DNA from: a virus
IMG/VR virus record: IMGVR_UViG_3300047160_006886
Span: 1 to 64,000 of that record
DNA: 64,000 bases
Direction: 5' to 3' (one strand)
Below the pieces are notes generated by a model that saw nothing but the letters and a program-made list of their open reading frames with translations, was not told the origin of the DNA and did not search any database. Position 1 is the stretch's first letter. Each line of letters begins with the position of its first letter. The translations under genes were made by a program, and so were the position numbers. This document shows positions 17,001 to 25,300 of this stretch, piece by piece.

Positions 17001-18765
17001 CGTAGGTCTCGGCGGGAGCGGGAGTCACGTTGGCAGTCAACTTCTTGTATCTCGTTCCTGGGAACGATCCTGAAGGCTCGCCTCCCGTCATCCCGTTCTC
17101 CCAGACAAGATGATGGTGCCCTCCGGGTTGTTCCGTCGCCATCACATCTTTGCCAGTAACGCTGTCGTGATGCGTCGGCTTGAAGTCCACCTCGGTCGTT
17201 TCGACATGTGGATCGGCGTGGGACGAGTCCCAATGCTGGTAGAACTCCTTGGCATCAATGCTCGGCTTCAGGCCACGTTCTTTGACGTACTGCCCATAAC
17301 CAGCCTGCCGATCTCGCGTGTAGCTCTTGACTCTTTGTACCAGCTCACGGTCTGACAGCTCATTCGACGGGATCGGTCTCTTCACCGTGACGGTTTTGCC
17401 GGCCCCGCCAGTAGAAGCGAAACGGCCTCGTTCATCTCGTTCCTGTTCGGCGTTCTTCGCATACGAATGCTTCTCGAAGTCCGTGTGGATCTCGCCATGA
17501 CCCCTGACCGCCGCGTTGTGGGGCTTGCCCTGCCAGGAGCCATCATGATGCCGGGGCTGAGGCGGAGCAGCGGTGAAGGGCCGGCCCGAGAAGAGGGTCG
17601 AAGGATGGTGCTCTTCCTCGTCATCAGGGTTGACCACCAGATCGGTGTCGCCGGGAGACGTGCCCGAGAGGATCGCCGAGTCGGCCTTGTGACCGGCTCC
17701 CTTCTTGACCTGGATGCGGAGGGATTGATCGTCATCGCCACTGCCTTCGTTCTTTGTCATCTTGCTCCCCTCCTTTGAATGCTCGGAATAAGCTCGATTT
17801 GCTAGATCAATGGCATCGCGGAGGTCACCACCAGCATGCTCTTCCATCGCGTTGAAGAGGAGGGCCTGATACCAGTCCTCATAGTCGTGAGCACTTAAGG
17901 CGTCGTCGAGCAGCTTGGCTCGGTCAATGGCGTTCGTGGCGAACCGAAAGCCAGTTGCCGACTCTCGCAGTTTGTGAAGACCCTCTTTAACTCCGGCGGC
18001 CGACGAGAGACCTTTGGCTGCTTCTTTCGACCGAGAGATGCTCTCCTTAATGGCGTCCTTGGCGGCTCGATAGGTCTTGATTGGATTACGGGCAGCGGAG
18101 TAGAGGATGTAGGATGATGAGGCGGCCGGAGCCAGGCTGGCCAGGGTGCCGGCCGGACCCGCTCCGTGGCCGGCGATGGCGACGGGCTTGGCCAGCATGG
18201 TATCCCAGGTCGCCAGCGTGTTCTTTAGAGCCTTCGCCTCCTCCGGAGTCCGACCGCGAGCGACGGCCACCTTCTCAGCCAGGTTCTGCCCTGCGTGATA
18301 GGTCGAGAAGAGAGTGTCTTTGACAACTCTGCCGGCGAAGAAGGAGGCACGAACCGGACCCTGCATCGGCTTGGGCAACTTCGAGACCGCGGCCTCCAGC
18401 TTATCCTTGACCCAGGTCGAGGCCGCGTGCTCCATCGCCTGAGCATACTCTCGCGGCTTGCCGCCGACCAGCTTCGCCGCAGCCAGGGCCGAGCCGACCG
18501 ATGACAGGGGAGAGCCGAACGCTTCCATCCCATGAGGCAGGGTGTGGAATCCTTCGAGATGTTCCAGGCCGTGACCGGCGATCTCGCCGACCGTCTCGAC
18601 CGAGTGACCGAGGTGTCCGACCTCCGCTCCGACCGGGTGAGAAGAGTGTTCAGCCCCATGACCAGCCGCGACGTGGACCGGACTTGCCCCACCTCCCCCT
18701 TCGGATGAGAACCGCCCTGCCTCATCTCGCGGATGGTCTTCTTCCTCCCACTCAGCATTGACCAC
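13327..18765 (-). CDS. Giant scaffold/cargo polyprotein (1812 aa), in frame with the upstream protease across one UGA
   Basis: The C-terminal ~250 aa are scaffold-like (acidic tract, helical). The rest contains repeated N-xWT(E/D)EARQAA, RDExGRF and His/Ala-rich helical modules. No SD upstream of GTG 18765. Confidence 0.8.
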   Translation of the reverse strand: MVNAEWEEEDHPRDEAGRFSSEGGGGASPVHVAAGHGAEHSSHPVGAEVGHLGHSVETVGEIAGHGLEHLEGFHTLPHGMEAFGSPLSSVGSALAAAKLVGGKPREYAQAMEHAASTWVKDKLEAAVSKLPKPMQGPVRASFFAGRVVKDTLFSTYHAGQNLAEKVAVARGRTPEEAKALKNTLATWDTMLAKPVAIAGHGAGPAGTLASLAPAASSSYILYSAARNPIKTYRAAKDAIKESISRSKEAAKGLSSAAGVKEGLHKLRESATGFRFATNAIDRAKLLDDALSAHDYEDWYQALLFNAMEEHAGGDLRDAIDLANRAYSEHSKEGSKMTKNEGSGDDDQSLRIQVKKGAGHKADSAILSGTSPGDTDLVVNPDDEEEHHPSTLFSGRPFTAAPPQPRHHDGSWQGKPHNAAVRGHGEIHTDFEKHSYAKNAEQERDERGRFASTGGAGKTVTVKRPIPSNELSDRELVQRVKSYTRDRQAGYGQYVKERGLKPSIDAKEFYQHWDSSHADPHVETTEVDFKPTHHDSVTGKDVMATEQPGGHHHLVWENGMTGGEPSGSFPGTRYKKLTANVTPAPAETYATKDQRVRAKARDLHEAAGRQSETAKGKSDFGDAIKAHLGAAKMHEDAAKAYNEVGQEHIARSHENSMMRERAAADILRKSWSGTKREPYEKGGDTNMGSETDPGTYDVPRKTPAAPVKDLRGAEQLTGNTWTEEARQAAIEARKSARTGKSKLEWSTHAGGTGAAEGKYGYTTRTEHGEYHVSPTTTSSGRHAGYLVHFANTQSKVGGGLWHHLGTARSPAEAKTMAAAHYDLLSGGGTHNQQTSLFEKTVDLLSLAANKVTAGLWPGRDVADVNVTENVWTDEARQAAQAARAASVKAKGHTDSVKGSRAGRSFTDHSDDAARLSRNAESAEDHKKAAGAHLDAANAHMEAGQHPRMESYVRGAHGDAFSAHLDAAKSHMRAAGLKAPTSNVITPGLWPGKERGSGPHPAFEPPSEELDENDAAAELVGRQMTPDGRIIETVQRVGQEGLAGAGDEDSHAPEQYFRGTYSGTKSIPETKSSIKTGYSVAAVQTNQKRAMDAEYGGVGGGPLGRSERISNVWTEEARQAAEESKQAHAATGAAGSQNPHSGRAMSLAESGDHAGAAEAHDNAARMHNSAAMRGGEGMKAHQEAAAAHSGAAMAHRALVHNELTENAWSEEAREAAKEARAASAKAHKSSTYAGGKGKEFSNVAASHARAGSDLTTKGHKDVAEAHGQAAVAHEQAGRESSSEAVRQAHRTAEADHRYAQRQHTGAARLKSETHNSASLAKGVPEDQILLPVTNADGSTGFVINPAVSEAQRKYLNYAFGHDWVKEHGFDNKGSLPEYKDWEEDEEDDAKNSTSATLNPSRNSTYQTLAEMAPGGTMGGPDDAHAATKQAAGASLLTEHNRAFGHAKNALECSSADDCAGAAAAHLKAASMHETAATKERKSGNADGATEHDNAAALHRKAASMHKATMNSAQLVLDEMPKDITGEDLVEVTVNAETNKQQFRLTGPSAWKMSYKPGSHSRKGESDMPLTRRQIRELAENCSCERTRQALLANAKDDDDDDDDDDDDVENDEGDRTVGKNKGEATHSFDMKPGEQRADSGPTQAGGKGVKEEYELSGNRRTLDWLQKTNAPEEVRSAVVNAMAIDKHERAAMVREIVSNIADPKQQKILFNKYMKKSREELREMLSLVQRPVLVNRGSGLGGDEEEDEYSKYMGTNYLGAAGGGVANFSYSGGGQRLTENERKDQSMAPQEVDWVRDFGGVNVHEKAAAQQRRD

Positions 18766-18801
18766 TGCAGCGGCAACTGCCGCCCGGCCGTCCTTCGGTC
18801 A
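18759..18801 (-). promoter_or_regulatory. In-frame UGA with SECIS-like recoding hairpin (candidate)
   Basis: UGA at 18799-18801, then GCGGCA-GU-UGCCGC with the apical GU 22-23 nt downstream; lower UGACC/GGUCA pairing; codon context C-P-T-UGA. Confidence 0.5.
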
Positions 18802-19491
18802 GGTCGGACACTTGGGCTTCTTGCCGTTGCAAGTACAACCATTACTCCCGACCTTTCGATTCGCTACGACGCCGATTCCACAACCATCATTCACCGAGCA
18901 GGCCCCGATCTGACCGATGAGGACAGCCAGATGGTCGGGTCGATAGTTGCGAGCGATGTAGTCGAACGCCTGCCCCTTGTAATTCGCTCCCGGCAGGGCT
19001 CGTTCGTTATCCGTGTAGAGGCCGGTTGACAGCTCGGTCGGGATGCCGTTGGTCAGGTTGTGGTAGATCTGCTCCCGCTCTTCTCGATAAGGACGGAGGG
19101 GGTCCCGGAGCAGGGCGAGGTCAAACCAGGCGTTCGCTCCGAGCTTGCCGTTCATCGAGGACTCGGCGATGAAGCCTAGACCTTGGTTATTCCAGACATT
19201 CGGATCGAGAGAACCGTCGGATTTGTGAGCCGAGACGTTGGAACCGTCGCCGGCGAGGGGGTGGAAGAGGACCAGGGGCATCCCGTTCCAGTCCGGAGTC
19301 GAGTTGCGACACTCTTCTGCCGGGTAGAACAGCTTGCCCTTGGAGCCTTCAAGGACTTGAGGGACGATGATGGTGGCGGGAGCAACCAGGTACTCACGGC
19401 CATTGCGGATGGCCCGGCGAGCCTTGGTGACTTTGACGCCGAAGTTCAGGACGAGGATCTGACGGCGGTCGAAGATCTCGGCAGCATCCAT
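18799..19491 (-). CDS. Prohead maturation protease, DUF2213-like
   Basis: EYLVAP..II..QVL...LFYP.EE...WNG.PLV..HP, ELSTG and PDHLAVL...GACS motifs; upstream of scaffold and MCP. Confidence 0.85.
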   Translation of the reverse strand: MDAAEIFDRRQILVLNFGVKVTKARRAIRNGREYLVAPATIIVPQVLEGSKGKLFYPAEECRNSTPDWNGMPLVLFHPLAGDGSNVSAHKSDGSLDPNVWNNQGLGFIAESSMNGKLGANAWFDLALLRDPLRPYREEREQIYHNLTNGIPTELSTGLYTDNERALPGANYKGQAFDYIARNYRPDHLAVLIGQIGACSVNDGCGIGVVANRKVGSNGCTCNGKKPKCPT

Positions 19492-19609
19492 GATGCCGAA
19501 ATTCTAAAGGAGTAGAAGAGAGTTGAAAACGTGAATCGAGGAAAGATTTCCTCGCTAAATAGTCCTAAAGACTAAATAGATTTAGTGACTAAAGAAGTGG
19601 CTAACTGAC
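19492..19609. promoter_or_regulatory. AT-rich head-operon control region with two palindromes and CTAAA repeats
   Basis: CGAGGAAA-GA-TTTCCTCG (19537-19554), ACTAAAT-AG-ATTTAGT (19571-19586) and five CTAAA copies; adjacent to a wHTH gene. Confidence 0.55.
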
Positions 19610-19870
19610 CTATTTGCGACCGTCGTAGGCAGAAGCGAGATGACGGACCATCCGATACCAGGAGTCGCCGTTGTTCCGGCAGCAGACGATATCGAAACCG
19701 TTCCGCTGGATGCGATCCCGGAGGTTGGATATGTGCATTTGGACGTTGTTGACCGGACCCTGATCGTCATAGAGACAGGAGTGCAGCTCCTGCTTCGTGT
19801 GCGGCAAGCCGTCGGAGAGGATCTTCAGCATCCGCTCCTGGGTCAAGGTGTAGAGTCGCCTCGTTGCCAT
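19610..19870 (-). CDS. Winged-helix DNA-binding protein (probable late regulator)
   Basis: TQERMLKILSDG.PHTKQEL...NVQMHISNLR..I......I......YR wHTH pattern. Confidence 0.75.
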   Translation of the reverse strand: MATRRLYTLTQERMLKILSDGLPHTKQELHSCLYDDQGPVNNVQMHISNLRDRIQRNGFDIVCCRNNGDSWYRMVRHLASAYDGRK

Positions 19871-19900
19871 TGAAGGTGGACTCCGTTCGCGAGATCCTAA

Positions 19901-20098
19901 TTATGGATTGTACTTCTCTCCGGTCGCGATGCCAAGGATCTCCTCACCTGGCAGCAGAGGTGGCCCGACGATAACACCGAAACAATCAGCGGCAGAGTCA
20001 CGACGCTTCTTCGCTTGCTCCTCGGTCAGACCTTCGGCGATCTCTGCTTCGCTCAACTCAAACTTGAATGGCTGATACGTCTTATCTTGGTTGTCCAT
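19901..20098 (-). CDS. Small acidic protein directly after the ART domain (candidate immunity/partner)
   Basis: ATG 1 nt after the toxin stop; 65 aa. Confidence 0.5.
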   Translation of the reverse strand: MDNQDKTYQPFKFELSEAEIAEGLTEEQAKKRRDSAADCFGVIVGPPLLPGEEILGIATGEKYNP

Positions 20099-20099
20099 C

Positions 20100-22307
20100 T
20101 CACGACTCCTCCAGATCCACAAAAAGCCGCACCTTCCCCTGATTGTGAATGTTGGCGTTCTTGTGAATACCTTTGACTATGTAAACCGTTCCGTGCCTAC
20201 CGATCAGCTCCTTCTCAGACTTGAACCCATCAGACGAAATGATGGGATGAACTCCCTTGGTCTTGATCCGTAGCAGTAGTTTACCATAAGAAAATCCATA
20301 GCTCGTCGACGGTGACAGACTCGTCCCATGTGGGGCAGTATCCACATATGTCCCGCCGACGCCCTGATCCTCAAGCTTCTTGATCAATTCGTCCGAGTAC
20401 GCTCCGTGGATGCCTCGATATACAGTTCCTGCATACGGAGGAGACTTATATACCGCACTAAGAAAGTTCTTCGTCGACTCGCTCTGCGTGCCCGTGGTGA
20501 CCTGATTTCGCATCGAACTCTGACTGCCGCCTTTCCAATGGGCAATGGCAGATCTTTCGGATGAACTGAGACTTGCTGCCCATTTCTCGTGCTGCTTCTC
20601 TTGTTCGGCCGTCATGCTCGACGATGTCAAATGGTGAGTTGCGCCGTCGGTAGTACCGGCGGCGATCTCTGCCTGTGTCATCGGTTTGACTGTCGCCGAT
20701 GGCTTACCGACCTCAACTCCAGCGGCACCGAAGTCCAGCTCCGATTCGTGATGGACCTTCGAGTACTTCGGAACTGAGATGCCCTTGGCGGCGAGCTTCC
20801 CAGGGGTGATCGAACTCTTCTTGATCACCGTTCCGGCCGGCAGAACCTTCCCGAGGTCCTCTATCTTCTTGGCATTGGCTCCCTTATCACCGGAGAACAT
20901 CGGCACCTTGATCACGCCGTTCTTGATCCCTTGTGGATTCAAAGCGCTAATCTTTGCCAGCTGCATGTGCGTGAATTGGACCGTTCCCTTGTTCTGAAAC
21001 AGATGCTTGACCAATCCGTTGGCAGAATGGAGTTGATGCTCTGTCGACGCCTGCGGATACGTCTGCGACTGTGTCGGAGTGTACGTCGGAGCCGGAGCCG
21101 GCTTGGGAATACCTGTTCCTTCTTTCTCCTTCAACCAGTTCTGCAAGCTATCAAACCGCTTGTCGACGATGGCACGCGTCTCCGGGTTCTTGATCGCTTT
21201 CAGCACGTCCATTTTCTTCGGCAGGATCTCCTTGATCTGTTCTTTGATCTCTTTATCCCCGATATGCCCGAACACACTCGCAGCACTCGGATTCAGACTC
21301 GAATTGCGAAGTGTACTTAGTTCGCCAACTTCAGACCCAAACTTGTGCCCCTTCGCCGCCCCTTGCGCCCTGTACAGCAACGCTCCTCCATTGTCGGCCC
21401 GCAAGGCAGTTCCGTCTTTGGTGATGAGAATGTTGTCCTTCGTCAGCCCTGCCACATCCCAATTAGCAAGTAGAGAATCAGCTACAAAGTGCTTGCCGAT
21501 CTGCTCATGCATCTTGGCAATGTCGGCGGGACTATGAGAGCTCTCGTATTCTGCGAGAGTTTGAACTCCCTCATGGTATTCGCTGACCTTGGCGATTCCC
21601 GTCGTTCCAGCAGCGGGAGCAATGCCGGACTTCGGGACTTTGACTCCAAGAGCGCGGTAAGCGTTGTCAGCATCCACCTCGTTGGCCAGTTGTAATTGCT
21701 TGGCTGGACTGCTCTTCACGACCCAGCGATTACCAGCCTCGTCTTCCATCAACTTCGGGCCAGTAGTTCCAGGCAGATCCTTGATGTATTTCATACCCTC
21801 CACTGGCGGCACATAGTCCGGTGGGAAATAAACAGGATGAGGCGTGCTCAGAGGAGCGACAGGCAGAGCGGGAGGAGCGACAGGCGTTGTCAATATCGTG
21901 CCTGGTTTCGATACTCCAAAGAATGCCCAGCCATTGACAGCGGTATCCGATCCCTTCACCGCCTTGGCTGCGGATGTCAGGCTGCCATATGTCTTATCAC
22001 CGATCTTGAAGCCACCGTGTACCACCTCTACCTTGAATGTCTGTCCTTTGTAGACCTTCTCGAACGATCCACCCACAGGAGGCAGAACCTGACCAGAAAC
22101 AGCTGCAGCACCGACGCCGCCAGGAGAGCAGCTTGGATCGACGCCCCCGCCGGGGCCGGTTGGACAGAACGCATTTATCACCGGGTCGTCCTGCTGATCC
22201 TCCCACTCCATCCAGAAGAGAGGATCGCTCTCATCAAGGTCAAACTCCTGCTCCGAGATGACTGGCCCGGATACGTGTCCGCGAAGAGCTGCTAATGTCT
22301 CACCCAC
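20100..22307 (-). CDS. Multidomain effector: tag + DUF2924 + HipA/PI3-4-kinase-like + ADP-ribosyltransferase
   Basis: NAFCPTGPGGGVDPSC tag; SLTSAAKAVKG...NGWAFFG; kinase VVK...NEV...NWD...DNIL...DNGG; ART YRG...GTS...EKE (R-S-E class). Confidence 0.8.
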   Translation of the reverse strand: MGETLAALRGHVSGPVISEQEFDLDESDPLFWMEWEDQQDDPVINAFCPTGPGGGVDPSCSPGGVGAAAVSGQVLPPVGGSFEKVYKGQTFKVEVVHGGFKIGDKTYGSLTSAAKAVKGSDTAVNGWAFFGVSKPGTILTTPVAPPALPVAPLSTPHPVYFPPDYVPPVEGMKYIKDLPGTTGPKLMEDEAGNRWVVKSSPAKQLQLANEVDADNAYRALGVKVPKSGIAPAAGTTGIAKVSEYHEGVQTLAEYESSHSPADIAKMHEQIGKHFVADSLLANWDVAGLTKDNILITKDGTALRADNGGALLYRAQGAAKGHKFGSEVGELSTLRNSSLNPSAASVFGHIGDKEIKEQIKEILPKKMDVLKAIKNPETRAIVDKRFDSLQNWLKEKEGTGIPKPAPAPTYTPTQSQTYPQASTEHQLHSANGLVKHLFQNKGTVQFTHMQLAKISALNPQGIKNGVIKVPMFSGDKGANAKKIEDLGKVLPAGTVIKKSSITPGKLAAKGISVPKYSKVHHESELDFGAAGVEVGKPSATVKPMTQAEIAAGTTDGATHHLTSSSMTAEQEKQHEKWAASLSSSERSAIAHWKGGSQSSMRNQVTTGTQSESTKNFLSAVYKSPPYAGTVYRGIHGAYSDELIKKLEDQGVGGTYVDTAPHGTSLSPSTSYGFSYGKLLLRIKTKGVHPIISSDGFKSEKELIGRHGTVYIVKGIHKNANIHNQGKVRLFVDLEES

Positions 22308-25300
22308 CGAGGTGCTCCTTCAGCAGTGCAGTCGTGTAATGAGCATCGAAGATCTTCGCCATCCCTGGATGTCGCTTGCGATAGCCCTCAAGGAACTTTC
22401 CGTCTCCACCCTCATACTTATCTCGGTATATCTCGCGGTGGTAGAGACGATAATGCTCAGCGAAATTCTCTTCCCAGTTGTCCAGACTACGACGACCGGC
22501 CACACCGTACTTTTCCTCGTACCATTCGTGAGGCATCTTAGTCTTGAGTCCGGCCGGGTCTGCTTTTACCCGGTCCATGACTTTCTTGTACTCATCGCTG
22601 ATGGCTTCGGTCATAGTGTTTTTGTTGCTGTAAGACGAACCACCCAGAGACCCCCGGAGGACATGCCCCAGCTCGTGCCTGTAGCTTCCTGGTCTGGTCG
22701 TCGAGCCAACCTCGATCTGACGTGATCCGAGATTGGCCAGGGCTTCACCGCCGAGAGCAGTCTTATGTACTGTGATCTTCGTCAGAGCGTCCAAGTCATA
22801 CTTCGGCGTATCACTGAACTCCTTCACTGGTCCGCCCGCAAGTCCACTCGTAATCTCCACAACTCGATTCGGATTTCCTCTGACGACCTGGGTCACGGCG
22901 TTCTCGACAGCACTACCAGACTTAAAGATAGAACCGGTCACCTTTGTTCGCATTTCCATATCCGATGACAGACCAGCCTTTAACTGCTCTTTCGAGTAGC
23001 CAGTATCTTTCGCTACTGACGACAGGACCGACCCCAAGCCATGTTCGGTAGTTGGCGACGGAGTGGTTACCGCAGGAGGAAGAGGGAGGAGAGACTGGGG
23101 AGCTGCTTTCGTCAGACCGAAGAACGCCCAGCCATTTATCGGCGTGTCAGTGCCCCGGACAGCCTTCGCCGCCGCAGTGAGACTCTTGTGAACTTTGTCT
23201 CCGATCTTATAGCCATCGTGCGTGACTTCAACTTTGATCTTCTGTCCTTTGTACGTTTTCTCAAACGTGCCTCCAACCGGAGGGTGGGGCTGACCCTTTC
23301 CGGGCGAACATGAGTTATCCTGACCTCCCCCAGGTCCGGTTGGACAAAAGGCATTATACGTTAGTGGTTCCTTACCTTTTGGATTGTAGACCTGTAATGC
23401 CCAGATGAATTTATGCCCGGCCTTTCTGAATTCGTTCACTCGATGGTGTCCGTCTTCAACTGACCATTTCGAGTGTTTACTCTCCTCCATCCCCTCCGGA
23501 ACGCCCTCGGTTATGACCGGCGGATGCAATCCAGATGGATTTTTCTTGATAATACTCGCTATGTCTTTTCTTGGTGGTGAGTCACCGATAGGATTCTCAG
23601 ACCCAGCTAGAGCACGAACAGGAACAGACACCAGTTTCCATTTCAGTTCTCTGATATTGCGAACATTACCTGCTTCAGCTTCCGAAACAGCATCTTCAAC
23701 CAGCTTCTTACTGGGGGGATCGTACTTTGGCTTCTCCGAATGAGAGCACGAAGGATCAACTCCTCCACCTTTTCCAGTTGGACAGAAAGCGTTCCACGTG
23801 TACCCCGGCCACGGGCACGCCGGCCACAACCGGGCTCCATCGGTGCCGAAGTGTCGGATGTTGAGGATCGACTTAGGCCGCGATGTCGAAAGTGGGGAAC
23901 CAGTGACCGCCCCGACCACCTTCAGTATCGTGCTGATGGCCGACTTCGACCGCTTCTGACCCTTGGTATCTTCGCCGACGTTGGCCGGAATCCAAGCGCA
24001 GCGACAATTCGGGTGCTGGGGCAACATGCCGCGAGCCTCGTCGGTCGTCAGGACCACCCCGTCGAGCTGTTCACAATCGGGACAGACGTCCTCATCGTCA
24101 GCAGTCGACCACTCGACGGCAGCGCCGACCTCTTCGATGCCCAGGGCGTCGAAGCCGTCGAGCTGCCCTTCGGCGTGGGCACGGATGATCTCGGTTCTGG
24201 CGATGGTCAGGGCCCTCTCGCGGCCGACGTCGACCGCCTTGGAGAGGTCACGGCCGATGTCTCTCGGAGACTGCCCCTGGACCAGCCCGTCGAGAAGGGT
24301 CCGAGACATCCTGATCGCCATCAGCTGGGTGACTCCATCCAGCTCGGTGAAAACCCTCCCGGCCAATTGCTTGACGCGGTCGATGGAGATTGGGTTGGCG
24401 AAGGCCGAGCGGAGGAACTGGGCCTTGGTTCCTTCGAAGAAGTCCATCGGTTCACCCATCGTCTGACCGAGGGCCTTCTCGGCGGCGGTGGCATCCTCGA
24501 ATGCCCTCCCCTGGCCCTTGGCGTACCCTTGCATGATGTACTGCTGCCAGAGCTGATCCATCGTCTGGCCGCGAATCTGCGACTGGACCTGCTGCTTGAG
24601 CCACGCCTTGAACGCCTCGACCTGTTCAGAGGTGGTGTGGAACTTCCAGCGAGTGTTGTCAATCAAAGCGTTGCGAGTCTGGGCTTTCACTCGAACCTCA
24701 GATCGTTCGGCATCTCTCGCTCTCTTTTCCATCTGATCTCGCGTCAGTTCATCTCTTTTATCGGTGATATCCCTAGCATGTTGCAGTTCGTGCCGCCAAG
24801 TCCGTCCTGCTTGATCCTTCAGTTCTGGATCAGTAAAAAGTATATGAGGAAGATTTACTCTAGCTCCACCTTTGCCATCTCCGAACGCTTGTGGCAATGC
24901 GTTCTTCAAGACATGAACAGTCACTCCGTGCATAGGAACGTGGGCTTCCCCTTCCAACCATTCTAGATACCTCTTCGCTCTAGCATTCCCAGCTCTCAGT
25001 TTGCCAGAACTCCTAACTTTTGGCGAACAGCTTGGATCAACTCCTCCGCCCTCGCCGGTGGGACAGAAGGCGTTGCGAGTGAGCGTATATTCCTTCATCG
25101 CAGGAAGATCTCTGACATCAACAGAGTATCCGTAGGACTTGCCAATCTCCTTGGAGATCCTGTCGTAGAACACCACTCGACTCGGCTCGCTCTTCGCGGC
25201 AGTGAACTCCATCGACCTCGGCTGCTTGTCCTTGATGAACTGACTCAAGGATGTCTGCACTCCTCGGAGCACCTTGATCGGAGACGTGTTCGGATCGTGA

